Positions 55,495 to 64,000 of a stretch of 64,000 nucleotides of DNA are shown one piece after another (the stretch's first letter is position 1; the number at the start of each line of letters is the position of its first letter). The DNA comes from Patescibacteria group bacterium (lineage in GTDB: Bacteria > Patescibacteriota > WWE3 > 0-14-0-20-40-13). The position numbers and the translations under genes are program-made. The stretch covers positions 3,776 through 67,775 of the forward strand of contig JAHINB010000003.1 of assembly GCA_018896215.1 (NCBI GenBank). Reading direction: 5' to 3'. The notes below the pieces were generated by a model that saw only the letters and a program-made list of their open reading frames with translations, did not search any database and was not told the DNA's origin.

Positions 55495-56079
55495 ATGATA
55501 TTTTTACTGCTCTTTGTTCCCTTAATCGCCATGGCTTTATATGCCATTGGCGTCTACAACTTTTTAGCTACGGCAAAAGTTAGAATCAAAGCTTCTATCC
55601 AAGAAATTGGCAACCAGTTAAAACGCCAAGCGGAGTTAATTCCAAATTTAGAGGAGTCTGTTAAAGGCTATCTTAAGCACGAGAAGGAAATATTTGCCCT
55701 TTTAACATCAGCTAGAAAGAGCGTAGCGTCTGCCATAGACTCCAATAATTTAGGAGAGATGGTAAAGGCTAGCGACTCTCTGGCAAAAATTTTGCCTTCT
55801 ATTCAAGCGACCTTCGAGAGTAATCCCGAAATAAAAGCTTCGGAGTTGGTCAAAAACCTAATGTCAAATCTGACTGATACTGCGGACAAAGTTTCCTACT
55901 CAAGAAGGCTTTTAATTGATTTGACAGCGGATTATAATGCCAAATTGGTGACTTTTCCCTCGAGCGTTGTTGCCAATTTGTTTGGGTTTAAAGCCGAGGC
56001 AGGTCTTACGACACCAGAAACGGGAAGCCATGTAGAAGTTTCGTCGACCGATGTAATTACTCCAAAGGTTAAACTTTAG
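55495..56079 (+). CDS. lemA: LemA family protein
   Basis: An N-terminal TM then ...YNFLATAKVRIKASIQEIGNQLKRQAELIPNL... is a typical LemA. It is paired with htpX. Confidence 0.85.
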   Translation: MIFLLLFVPLIAMALYAIGVYNFLATAKVRIKASIQEIGNQLKRQAELIPNLEESVKGYLKHEKEIFALLTSARKSVASAIDSNNLGEMVKASDSLAKILPSIQATFESNPEIKASELVKNLMSNLTDTADKVSYSRRLLIDLTADYNAKLVTFPSSVVANLFGFKAEAGLTTPETGSHVEVSSTDVITPKVKL

Positions 56080-56082
56080 GCT

Positions 56083-56988
56083 ATGTCTACGGTTGTAAAT
56101 TTTTACGAAAGGCAAGAGGAAAACACCCTAAAAACCCTGCTTTTGTTTGTGGGGTTTGTGGTGGTGCTGTGCCTTTTTGGTTATTTTATTGGTTACATTT
56201 ATAATGATTCCCAATATTTAGTGCCTTTAGCCTTTTTATTTTCGCTTACCACCTCTTTTTTTAGTTACTATTTTAGCGATTCGGTTATTTTGTCACTCTC
56301 CAAAGCAACAGTTGCCAATAAAAAGCAGTATTTTGACTACTACAGCGTGGTGGAAAATATTTGTTTGGGAACAGGGTTGCCAATGCCCCGATTGTATGTG
56401 ATTAATGATACCAGCCCCAACGCCTTTGCTACAGGAAGAGACAAAAATCACGCTACAATTGTTGCTACAACCGGGCTTTTGGACCAGCTTTCTCGACCAG
56501 AATTAGAGGGGGTTATGGCACACGAGCTTTCTCATGTTGGCAATAACGATATGTTGCTAATGACCGTAGTTGCGGTATTGGTAGGAACTGTGGTTATGGT
56601 AATGGACTGGTTTTGGAGGGTAAGAGTGAGAATCAATGATAATGACAACAAGCAAGCGGGGGCTATTTTTATGATACTGGCGTTGTTATTTGCAATTTTG
56701 ACTCCAATTATTGCTCAACTTATTAAATTTGCTATATCAAGACAACGAGAATTTATGGCTGATGCCACAGCTGTGCGCTATACCCGCAATCCTAATGGTT
56801 TAATATCTGCCCTCACCAAAGTTGCTTCCTCCAAAGAACCCTTGGAAGTTGCCAACAAGGCCACCGCCCATTTATATTTTGAAAATCCTTTGGATAATGT
56901 GGAAGGCGATGGGGTCGGTCGCTTTAAAAACCTCTTTTCCACCCACCCACCTGTTTCCGAAAGGATAAAAAGATTAAAAGCAATGTAG
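56083..56988 (+). CDS. htpX: Zinc metalloprotease HtpX (M48 family)
   Basis: HELSHVGNND (HExxH), four TM helices, and its position downstream of lemA. Confidence 0.85.
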   Translation: MSTVVNFYERQEENTLKTLLLFVGFVVVLCLFGYFIGYIYNDSQYLVPLAFLFSLTTSFFSYYFSDSVILSLSKATVANKKQYFDYYSVVENICLGTGLPMPRLYVINDTSPNAFATGRDKNHATIVATTGLLDQLSRPELEGVMAHELSHVGNNDMLLMTVVAVLVGTVVMVMDWFWRVRVRINDNDNKQAGAIFMILALLFAILTPIIAQLIKFAISRQREFMADATAVRYTRNPNGLISALTKVASSKEPLEVANKATAHLYFENPLDNVEGDGVGRFKNLFSTHPPVSERIKRLKAM

Positions 56989-56993
56989 CAATC

Positions 56994-58655
56994 TCACTCA
57001 ATTTTTAAATCTTTAATGGTTGTTTCGATTGCAGTTTTTCCATTAAAAGTGTTTTCGGAGATAGAGTAAGCAACTGATACATTTTGTCCCAGTGATAGCT
57101 TATCGTAGTGATTTTCCGCCCCATTAAAAACCTTGCCCACAATTTTAAAGTTTGAGTTTTCTCCGTCACACAAAACAATTTTTAGATGATTAGATGCTTT
57201 GCCAAATCTGGAGAATCCGCAAACCTTAACCTGCGTGGAGTAAAAAACTGGAGTGGGGTTGCCAAGACCAAACGGCTCCATTTGTTTAATTAGTGCCAAC
57301 AGATTAGCCTTTACTAAACCTAATGGAATTTCGGTATCTACCTCTACAAAAGGCAAAAGCAATTTGGGATCAATCTCTTTTTCCGCTAGATCTTGCGCCT
57401 GCTTGATAAATTTTTGCAGCTTATCCGATTTTAAAGAGAATCCGGCAGCGGCTTTATGACCGCCAACGCTCCCAAAAACACCCTTAATTTTACGGAGGAA
57501 ACTAGTAAGATCAAATCCAGGAACGGATCTTGCCGACGCTTTGCAGTTTTCTCCGTTTACGCTAATAACAATTGCGGGTAAAAAATACTTTTGAGTTAAT
57601 TTTTGTGCCACTAACCCAATGACTCCTTCATGAAACCCTTCACCATAACAAACAATAAGTTTCTTGCCTATTATCTTTTTGACCTCCTCATCGGCATTTA
57701 AAAATATCTCGTCGGTTGTGGCTTGCCTTTCTAAATTTATCTCGTTGAGACTTTTGGCAATTTCCTCACCCTGCTTGGCATTATTTGTACATAAAAGCCT
57801 TAAAGCGTCAATCCCATGAGAAATTCTTCCAGCGGCGTTTAATCTTGGTCCAATAATCCACCCGACTTCGTAGGGGGTGATAATTTTATTTTCTATTCCT
57901 GCTACTTTAATAAGTTCTTTTATACCAACTCTGTTGGATTTTGATAGATGTGGTAGTCCGTATTTTACAATACTGCGATTGATATCCAGTAATGGTTGTA
58001 GATCAGCAATAGTTGCCAGTGTTGCTAAATCTAAGGAATCTTCATCACTTTTGTTATGAATATACGATGAGAGCATGTAGGCAATTCCTCCAGAGCAAAG
58101 TTTTAGAGTGTGTAGAATGACTTTGGCATCAGGTAACTTTTTTGGAAGTTCGTGATGATCAATTATGGCAACGGTAAATCCTAATGATTTGGCGTATGCA
58201 ACTTCGTCAACTGCTGTAATTCCACAATCAATAGCAATCAATAATGGTTTAGCACCAACGCCAATTTTTTGAGCAATGGCGTCAATGGATTTTTTGGTTA
58301 GTCCATAGCCATGCTCAAACCTATTGGGAATAAAAGGCAAGCAATTCCTGTGTCCTAGACTTTTGTAAATCAGTTCCCACAAAATGGCTGTTGCCGTGAT
58401 TCCATCCACATCATAATCTCCGTGGACGATTACGAATGAGTTATCGTTAATGGCTTTTCTAATCAGCTTTTCTAATTTGGAAAGGCTTGGAGCGTATTTT
58501 CCAAAAATTTCTTTGGGTTTACCCAGATATGTATAAGGGTGTGGGGGATTAAGAAAGGCCTCAACATCTTCCCCTGCTCGGTTTTCCAATAGAATTTCTT
58601 CCACCTGTTTTAAATTTGTCGTGATCGCCTTACTATTTTTATTTCGTATCTCCAT
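56994..58655 (-). CDS. recJ: Single-stranded-DNA-specific exonuclease RecJ (DHH/DHHA1)
   Basis: VHGDYDVDGITA (DHH motif I), IAIDCG and IIDHH motifs. Confidence 0.85.
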   Translation of the reverse strand: MEIRNKNSKAITTNLKQVEEILLENRAGEDVEAFLNPPHPYTYLGKPKEIFGKYAPSLSKLEKLIRKAINDNSFVIVHGDYDVDGITATAILWELIYKSLGHRNCLPFIPNRFEHGYGLTKKSIDAIAQKIGVGAKPLLIAIDCGITAVDEVAYAKSLGFTVAIIDHHELPKKLPDAKVILHTLKLCSGGIAYMLSSYIHNKSDEDSLDLATLATIADLQPLLDINRSIVKYGLPHLSKSNRVGIKELIKVAGIENKIITPYEVGWIIGPRLNAAGRISHGIDALRLLCTNNAKQGEEIAKSLNEINLERQATTDEIFLNADEEVKKIIGKKLIVCYGEGFHEGVIGLVAQKLTQKYFLPAIVISVNGENCKASARSVPGFDLTSFLRKIKGVFGSVGGHKAAAGFSLKSDKLQKFIKQAQDLAEKEIDPKLLLPFVEVDTEIPLGLVKANLLALIKQMEPFGLGNPTPVFYSTQVKVCGFSRFGKASNHLKIVLCDGENSNFKIVGKVFNGAENHYDKLSLGQNVSVAYSISENTFNGKTAIETTIKDLKIE

Positions 58656-58658
58656 TTT

Positions 58659-58707
58659 ATTCGGGTTCGTCCCATTCGGGTTCGTCCCATTTGGGACGAA
58701 CCCGAAT
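58659..58707. repeat. REP element: direct repeat ATTCGGGTTCGTCCC x2 followed by the inverted partner TTTGGGACGAACCCGAAT (hairpin)
   Basis: Read directly from the sequence, immediately downstream of the RAYT gene. Confidence 0.7.
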
Positions 58708-58713
58708 TAGGAA

Positions 58714-59343
58714 CTAAATAAATATTCCTTGTTTTGGATTATATTCTATTTCTTTAGCGTAAGAATCTATCTTACTCCAGTTAGTAGATTGAACTAAAGT
58801 TGGATGTAGGTTTAACCAGGGTAAATCTCGGTTATTTATGTAATTTTGTAACGAAGAGTACTTATATTCAGACGACCCACCAACAATCCCCGACTTGTAT
58901 GGGTTTAAGTGAATATATCTTCCTACATGGATAAGTTGAGCTTCTGTAATTATTGGAACTGCTCTGTAACACCCTTGGATTAAAGGTCCCTCCCTTGAAT
59001 ATTTCTCATTAAAGAACCCCGCATACACGGAGAGAATTCTTTTGGAAAATTCTTTTATTCCATAGTCTACTAAATTCTTACATAAAATGTGAAAGTGGTT
59101 GGGCATTAGGCAATATGCATAGAGCTCAAGTTGTCCAAAAACGCTGTTGGCTGGAATTTCTACTTCTTTCTTAGCAATTATTCTGCTTTCTTTAAAATCT
59201 TTAGTTAGGTATTTCTTAAGAAGGTAGATAAAGAATATGTAATCTTCGTGATCCAAAAACATCTCACACCTGTTAATTCCACGACCGTAAATGTGGAAAG
59301 TAATATCTGGCTTGTGGGTTTTACAGCGATTTTTATATGGCAT
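58714..59343 (-). CDS. REP-associated tyrosine transposase (RAYT; IS200/IS605-like HUH Y1 transposase)
   Basis: HUH motif YCLMPNHFHIL and C-terminal RYIHLNPYKSGIV (compare Y..NP..AGLV of IS200/RAYT). REP hairpins flank it on both sides. Confidence 0.75.
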   Translation of the reverse strand: MPYKNRCKTHKPDITFHIYGRGINRCEMFLDHEDYIFFIYLLKKYLTKDFKESRIIAKKEVEIPANSVFGQLELYAYCLMPNHFHILCKNLVDYGIKEFSKRILSVYAGFFNEKYSREGPLIQGCYRAVPIITEAQLIHVGRYIHLNPYKSGIVGGSSEYKYSSLQNYINNRDLPWLNLHPTLVQSTNWSKIDSYAKEIEYNPKQGIFI

Positions 59344-59348
59344 TTTTC

Positions 59349-59380
59349 ATTCGGGTTCGTCCCATTTGGGACGAACCCGA
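59349..59380. repeat. REP element hairpin ATTCGGGTTCGTCCCA-TT-TGGGACGAACCCGA
   Basis: Read directly from the sequence, 5 nt upstream of the RAYT start codon. Confidence 0.7.
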
Positions 59381-59392
59381 TTTAGAAAAAGT

Positions 59393-59965
59393 TTACGATG
59401 GTTTAATTAAAAGTGCAAGAAATTCTGTATTTCCACCTTTTGATCCGACAATTGGTGATCTTACAATTTCTAAAATTTTTCCACCTTCTTGCTCAATATC
59501 TCTTTTAACTTTATTTAATACTACTTGAGTAAACTTGTCTTCTAATCTGCCTCGGGTAAGCATTCCCCTTTCTGCCTCGTAGTGAGGTTTTATCAAAGAG
59601 ACTATTTTTCCTTGGGGTTTTAAATTAGCCAGCGCATTGGGAATAATTTTACTTTGAGGAGTCCAGCCGACATCAACGGTAATAAAATCTACAGGTTCGG
59701 GGAGGTTTATAAAAATAGCGTTGGTTTTTTCTAGCACTTTTACCCTAGCGTCATTCCTCAACTTCCAATCTAATACCCCATACCCTGTGTCAACGGCATA
59801 AACTTTTGTAGCCCCGTGTTGTAGCATGCAGTCAGTAAAGCCTCCAGTTGAGCATCCAAAATCCGCGCAGATTTTATCCTTCAAGTCAATTTTAAATGTA
59901 TTAAGGGCGTGTTCTAACTTTTCCCCCGCTCGGGATACAAACATTTTATCTGTAGATGATTGCAT
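59393..59965 (-). CDS. tlyA: TlyA-family rRNA 2'-O-methyltransferase (FtsJ-like domain, no S4 domain)
   Basis: ...CADFGCSTGGFTDCMLQHGATKVYAVDTGYG... SAM-binding motif typical of TlyA/FtsJ. Confidence 0.7.
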   Translation of the reverse strand: MQSSTDKMFVSRAGEKLEHALNTFKIDLKDKICADFGCSTGGFTDCMLQHGATKVYAVDTGYGVLDWKLRNDARVKVLEKTNAIFINLPEPVDFITVDVGWTPQSKIIPNALANLKPQGKIVSLIKPHYEAERGMLTRGRLEDKFTQVVLNKVKRDIEQEGGKILEIVRSPIVGSKGGNTEFLALLIKPS

Positions 59966-59996
59966 TGGAAAATTTTAGCACAATACGATTAAATTA

Positions 59997-60052
59997 TTAG
60001 GGAGAGTCCCTAAAAACGGGATCAGAGGTATTTAAGGGACTCTCCCTAAAAA
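59997..60052. repeat. Inverted repeat TTAGGGAGAGTCCCTAAAAA ... TTTAAGGGACTCTCCCTAAAAA (long imperfect hairpin)
   Basis: Read directly from the sequence, in the intergenic region upstream of tlyA. No T-run follows the stem. Confidence 0.4.
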
Positions 60053-60136
60053 TCAATAAATACAATTTGTATAATTGGATAAATTAGAATAATTGGAAGT
60101 TGTGATGGTCGTGTGAGTCTAAAAACAGGGTTTTTT

Positions 60137-60847
60137 CTAGTTGGTAAATTTAAAGGTGGAGAGAATTTTATTGCCAATCTCAAATAACTCTTCCTTATTA
60201 GGGTTTCTGTAGTCAATTGACAACTCAATGTCGTATAATAGCCCGTTTTTCTCAAAACGAAGATCTACTCGAGATGCTTTACTCGAAGAATCAGAATAAA
60301 TCCATGTAAGCTTATAACCATTTGCTCCATCTGTTGTAGTCTCTTCTCCCTTTCCTTGATAGTTCTTTTCCCAAGAATCCAAAACATTTTTAGCCATTTG
60401 TAGGTTACTGTTTATTGATGTAGCTATTGTTGATATAGAAATCCTATCATTAAAAGGTGTTTTAGAATACTCCACTTTTGCAACGGAGTTCATTCCCATA
60501 TCAATACTTGGTCTATAATTCTCGTCATCTTCCTCGCTCCTAAGTAACCACCCCTCTGGGTACTTAATAGAATATTTTCCTTTGATACTAGTATATGTTT
60601 TCCAGCCGGCGGTGGGGTCGGGTGATGGGGCAACAGATACAGCTGTTGTGTCAGTTGGTTTTGTGGTTGGAGTTAATGCTTTTTTGTAAACTACAATTCC
60701 AGCAATGGTTAAGACGATAATTAGCAAAACGGCAATTAGTACTTTTGGAAGACTAGATTTTGCTTTTGGTTCTTCTTGTTGTGGGATTTGGATAGGTTGT
60801 TCAACTGGGGCTTGTTCTATTGGGGTTGGGTCGGTTTGGTTTTCCAT
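60137..60847 (-). CDS. Membrane-anchored extracytoplasmic protein, hypothetical
   Basis: Pro/Gln-rich N-terminus, a single TM (VLIAVLLIIVLTIAGIVVY), a Thr/Pro linker and a globular domain. Confidence 0.55.
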   Translation of the reverse strand: MENQTDPTPIEQAPVEQPIQIPQQEEPKAKSSLPKVLIAVLLIIVLTIAGIVVYKKALTPTTKPTDTTAVSVAPSPDPTAGWKTYTSIKGKYSIKYPEGWLLRSEEDDENYRPSIDMGMNSVAKVEYSKTPFNDRISISTIATSINSNLQMAKNVLDSWEKNYQGKGEETTTDGANGYKLTWIYSDSSSKASRVDLRFEKNGLLYDIELSIDYRNPNKEELFEIGNKILSTFKFTN

Positions 60848-60906
60848 ATTTTAAATACTACCACCGCTTTTTAGTCAATGCAATAATTGCAATTTGGATG
60901 ACTTTT

Positions 60907-60957
60907 TCGGGTGAGACCCCGATACAAAAAGCAAATACCCTTTGGGGTCTCACCCGA
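60907..60957. repeat. REP-like hairpin TCGGGTGAGACCCC - 23-nt loop - GGGGTCTCACCCGA
   Basis: 14-bp perfect arms that share the TCGGGT...ACCCGA ends with the other REP-like elements. It lies just downstream of secF. Confidence 0.5.
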
Positions 60958-60962
60958 TAGAA

Positions 60963-61832
60963 TCATTTCTTTTTGGCTAACTGTTTCCAGACAACCAGAA
61001 GTGGAGCGGCGGTGAAAGTGGAGGAGTAGGTTCCGGAAATTGTTCCCACCAAAAGCGCCAAAACAAACCATTTAATAGTCTCTCCTCCCAGCAAAAATAG
61101 AGCCAACAACATAAAAATTATGGTCATGGAGTTATTAAACGACCTAGTGATTGTTTCTGTTAACGCTTTATTGACTAAATTTTCAAATTTGGCGTTTGGC
61201 TGGTGCTTTAACGACTCTCTAATTCTATCATAAACTACAATCGTGTCATGAACACTAAAAGAAAGAATCGTCAAAACTGCGGTAACTATCAAAACATCAA
61301 TCTCTACCCCCTTAAAATGTCCCAAAAAGCTAAAAACGCCAAGCAAAATTATAGTGTCGTGAAACATAGCAATAATTGCCGAAATTCCAAACATCTTATC
61401 TTTAAATTGCCTTGCCACATGTAGCAAAATAAAAAACGAGGCAAGAATAACCGCAGCCACAGTCTTAAACACCAATTCTTTGCCAACTGAAGGTCCCACG
61501 CTTTCAAACGATATTTCCTGGAACTCACCGCCAGCCTCCTTAATTTTGCTTTGAAATGTAGAATATTGGCTTTGCGTAACCTCTTTGGATTTAATTAGGT
61601 AAATACCTTGTTGATTGGTAAAATTTGATATTTCTATACCAGATTCTTTGGCGAATGCTTTAACTTGCTCGTCTTGAAAATTGGAATTTGATAATTGGAA
61701 TTTTAAAGCCGTCCCGCCGGTAAACTCAACCGAGGGTTTTAAGCCCCACATGGCAAGCCCAAAAATAGAAGGAAGAACAAACGACAGCGAAAAGGCAAAA
61801 TAGTAATATTTAAAACGCATAAAATTGATCAT
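60963..61832 (-). CDS. secF: Protein translocase subunit SecF
   Basis: ...EFTGGTALKFQ... and six TM helices. Its start overlaps the secD stop. Confidence 0.9.
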   Translation of the reverse strand: MINFMRFKYYYFAFSLSFVLPSIFGLAMWGLKPSVEFTGGTALKFQLSNSNFQDEQVKAFAKESGIEISNFTNQQGIYLIKSKEVTQSQYSTFQSKIKEAGGEFQEISFESVGPSVGKELVFKTVAAVILASFFILLHVARQFKDKMFGISAIIAMFHDTIILLGVFSFLGHFKGVEIDVLIVTAVLTILSFSVHDTIVVYDRIRESLKHQPNAKFENLVNKALTETITRSFNNSMTIIFMLLALFLLGGETIKWFVLALLVGTISGTYSSTFTAAPLLVVWKQLAKKK

Positions 61833-63211
61833 TTTCGTATACGATAGAAAACTCTAATTAAATTGCGCGAGACCACAATTCCGGTAAAAAGAGAAATCAC
61901 AATTCCCAAAAACAGTGTCAGCGCAAAGCCTCTTATTGGTCCGGAAGTATGTAGAAATGACCAGTTAAAAGGATTAAACAAAATGAAAGCGGTAATAATG
62001 GTGGCAATATTGGAATCTCTTATCGAATCCCAGGCCCTGCCAAACCCCAGTTCCATAGCAATAGAAAGAGGCTTTCCCATTCTTATTTCTTCTTTAATTC
62101 GCTCAAAAATTAAAATATTAGCATCCACCGCCATCCCAATAGACAAAATAAATCCTGCAATTCCCGATAGGGTCAGGGTAACCGGTATCAGTTTATAAAT
62201 TGCTAAAGTAATTAGACCATAGATAATAAGAGCTATATCAGCAAGGATTCCTAATCTGCCGTAAAGCGCAACCATAAAGATCATAACAATTAAAAGTCCC
62301 ACAATTCCCGCAACCGCGCTTTTTTTAACCGATTCTAAACCAAGAGTTGGAGGGACATTCTCTTGGCTTAATATAGTAAGAGGTACTGGAAGTGATCCGG
62401 CATTAAGTAGTCGTACTACTTGATTAATCTCTGCAAGAGTGAACTCGCCAGTAATTTGTGCCTGACCACCACTTATCGTTTCTTTGACCATTGGTGATTG
62501 CAGAACCCTTTCGTCAAGCATAATCGGTAGCATTCTATCTACATTTTTAGCGGTAACCTCCTCGAACTTTTTCCCTCCCTCGGTGGTAAATTCCAACGAG
62601 ATGTAAGGTTTATTATTATTAGGATCAAAAGCAACACTGGCCCTTTTTAAATCTTTTCCCGAAAGTCCTGCGGGTTCAAAATCATCTATAGTTGTGGGTG
62701 TATCAATACCTTCTTTTAATTGTCTAAATTCCAAAAATGCCACCTGTGAAAGTTCGTTAATTGCCTGTTGCGGATCTGTTACTCCTGGAAGTTCCACGAC
62801 AATTCTGGAGTAGTCTTTACTTTTTAAAGTTAATATCGAGGGTTCCGAGACTCCCAAGGAATTAATTCTGCGCTCAATTATGGCTCTTGCCGATTCCAAA
62901 CTAGCAGTTTGATTCGCCGTTTCTACTTGAGACATATCGGCGTTTAGCGTAACCCTGACACCGCCTTTTATATCTAATCCTTGCTTAATTTGTAAATCTC
63001 TGACAAATCGTCCGCCAAAAAGGTTTAGGCTATAGCCGCCAATTTCGGTGTCAATTTTAAAGTTTTCGTAGGAAAATTTAAGAGGTATTTTGGGAAGATC
63101 GATTAACAGAGAAACACCAGATAACAAAATAACCGCCAGCAATGTAATTTTCGGAGTAATAGGCATCTTATTTGAGGGATTAAATCTTGCAGTACTTATC
63201 CTCTTCGCCAA
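61829..63211 (-). CDS. secD: Protein translocase subunit SecD
   Basis: An N-terminal TM, a large periplasmic domain and a C-terminal 5-TM bundle (...LDIKGGVRVTL...GLDLQGGV-like). Confidence 0.9.
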   Translation of the reverse strand: MAKRISTARFNPSNKMPITPKITLLAVILLSGVSLLIDLPKIPLKFSYENFKIDTEIGGYSLNLFGGRFVRDLQIKQGLDIKGGVRVTLNADMSQVETANQTASLESARAIIERRINSLGVSEPSILTLKSKDYSRIVVELPGVTDPQQAINELSQVAFLEFRQLKEGIDTPTTIDDFEPAGLSGKDLKRASVAFDPNNNKPYISLEFTTEGGKKFEEVTAKNVDRMLPIMLDERVLQSPMVKETISGGQAQITGEFTLAEINQVVRLLNAGSLPVPLTILSQENVPPTLGLESVKKSAVAGIVGLLIVMIFMVALYGRLGILADIALIIYGLITLAIYKLIPVTLTLSGIAGFILSIGMAVDANILIFERIKEEIRMGKPLSIAMELGFGRAWDSIRDSNIATIITAFILFNPFNWSFLHTSGPIRGFALTLFLGIVISLFTGIVVSRNLIRVFYRIRK

Positions 63212-63758
63212 TAAAAATAATTCTAGCTTGGGTTAGAACTTTTACAATAAAGGGGTCGAGGCGTTTTTTTCTAAAGTCAAATTCATCTTCTCCCATAACG
63301 CAGTAGTTTATTTCGCGCCCCAGCTTTTCTTGCTGTTTTTCAATAATTGCTTTTAATACTTTTACATCTATAGTGCCAACTAAAAGCAAATCAACATCTT
63401 CGGCCCCGCTTTTACGACCAGTAATAAATTCTTTGGATACGAGCGCAAATTTAACTTTTCCTAGCGATTTTTGCTCGTTTAAAATTTTAGATGCTAAACC
63501 TTGTTCTTTTTCCCAACAGGACAAAAGATCCCAGTAGTAGGGATATTCTTTTTTTATTCTGTAGTAAACTCGATTTCCTTGAGTTTCTCTTCTTATCAGA
63601 CCCGCTTTAAACAAATTGTCTAATTCACGCCTGATGGCATTAATTTCTGTTCCAACTCGCCTTGTTATTTCTCTTACATGAAGACCAGTATTATCTTGAG
63701 ACAAAAACAACGAGAGGATTTTAACCCTTACTTTAGAAGTAATCAAATCTTGTAGCAT
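63180..63758 (-). CDS. Winged-HTH transcriptional regulator with a C-terminal uncharacterized domain
   Basis: LHVREITRRVGTEINAIRRELDNLFKAGLIRR is a wHTH. Confidence 0.5.
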   Translation of the reverse strand: MLQDLITSKVRVKILSLFLSQDNTGLHVREITRRVGTEINAIRRELDNLFKAGLIRRETQGNRVYYRIKKEYPYYWDLLSCWEKEQGLASKILNEQKSLGKVKFALVSKEFITGRKSGAEDVDLLLVGTIDVKVLKAIIEKQQEKLGREINYCVMGEDEFDFRKKRLDPFIVKVLTQARIIFIGEEDKYCKI

Positions 63759-63760
63759 TT

Positions 63761-64000
63761 TTAAGTTGTCTGGTAAGAGACAGTATTACCAGATGGAACT
63801 ATTTCGATCCAAATTTGCCCGCGGTTTAATTCTACAGGAACTCCAGCAGAATCGAAATACTTTGTTCGTGATCTTGACGATTGCTTTGACCAAGTAGCCA
63901 CAATTCTTTGACCATCTCGATATATTTCGGCTTGTCCAGTACCTAGCGTTTGGTACATCAGGTGGTTCTTTTTGTCGCCAACGGAAGTCTCCTTCTCAAA
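63761..64000 (-). CDS. C-terminal fragment of a protein whose start lies beyond the window end (DUF3048-like C-terminus, hypothetical)
   Basis: The frame stays open to position 64000 on the minus strand. The tail ...IYRDGQRIVATWSK...GQIWIEIVP resembles DUF3048 C-termini. Confidence 0.4.
   Translation of the reverse strand, partial: FEKETSVGDKKNHLMYQTLGTGQAEIYRDGQRIVATWSKQSSRSRTKYFDSAGVPVELNRGQIWIEIVPSGNTVSYQTT

Noticed and set aside
54456-55547. Multiple overlapping ORFs on both strands across the purA-like gene
   Set aside because: The GC-rich segment generates long spurious frames. The purA-like frame is the only one with recognisable motifs, an SD and a terminator.
58659-58707. Tandem TTCGGGTTCGTCCCA copies as a CRISPR array
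   Set aside because: There are only two direct copies with no spacers, followed by the inverted partner. This is a REP hairpin cluster next to a RAYT gene, not a CRISPR.
1-64000. Genome-wide stop-codon reassignment (UGA=Gly code 25 or UGA=Trp code 4) as the explanation for the in-frame TGA in the EamA gene
   Set aside because: TGA and TAA terminate paralogous pilin genes at homologous C-terminal positions (PSFTGP-TGA against PTFIGP-TAA), and many conserved genes end cleanly at TGA or TAG. The single in-frame TGA and single in-frame TAG are better explained as pseudogenes or errors.

Overview
This window reads as a low-GC (about 35-40% by spot counts), gene-dense bacterial chromosome with small genes, frequent 4-nt overlaps and alternative start codons. 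The lineage is inferred only from gene content (FemAB pair, pilin-like array, many DUF4143 ATPases) and would fit a streamlined, possibly Patescibacteria/CPR-like organism. Core genes are clear: recF 3' end, smpB with adjacent tmRNA, comF, the hrcA-grpE-dnaK-dnaJ heat-shock operon with a strong promoter and a degenerate CIRCE, rsmA/ksgA, two FemAB genes, murG, a rhomboid protease, gltX, lemA-htpX, recJ, secDF, a P-type ATPase, upp, and tRNA-Ser(CGA), tRNA-Arg(GCG) and tRNA-Asn(GTT). The most striking accessory content: (1) nine tandem, tightly packed paralogs of a small signal-peptide plus two-helix protein with an invariant Y-x-[TS]-[SA]-G-D-[ED]-K ... KAK loop, resembling VirB2/TrbC-type pilins, three of them carrying extra domains (two Cys-rich), which may form a surface-filament diversification locus; (2) a sharply GC-rich (about 55-60%) five-gene island at 32.15-36.4 kb encoding an NMT1-like lipoprotein ABC importer, a PNP/MTAP-family phosphorylase and HPRT, i.e. 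a horizontally acquired purine-salvage cassette, and a second GC-rich, short archaeal-type purA-like gene at 54.3 kb; (3) a REP-associated tyrosine transposase (RAYT) flanked by REP hairpins, with related GGGT-N4-ACCC palindromes dispersed in the window, one perfect 31-nt copy lying inside a FemAB coding sequence; (4) two AbiEi/AbiEii-type loci, and an NTase plus frameshifted cytidine/adenosine-deaminase pair behind two perfect palindromes; (5) three disrupted genes (in-frame TAG in a methyltransferase, in-frame TGA in an EamA transporter, +1 frameshift in the deaminase); (6) a BpsA-like aminopropyltransferase fused to an AdoMetDC-like domain. No CRISPR array or rRNA was seen.
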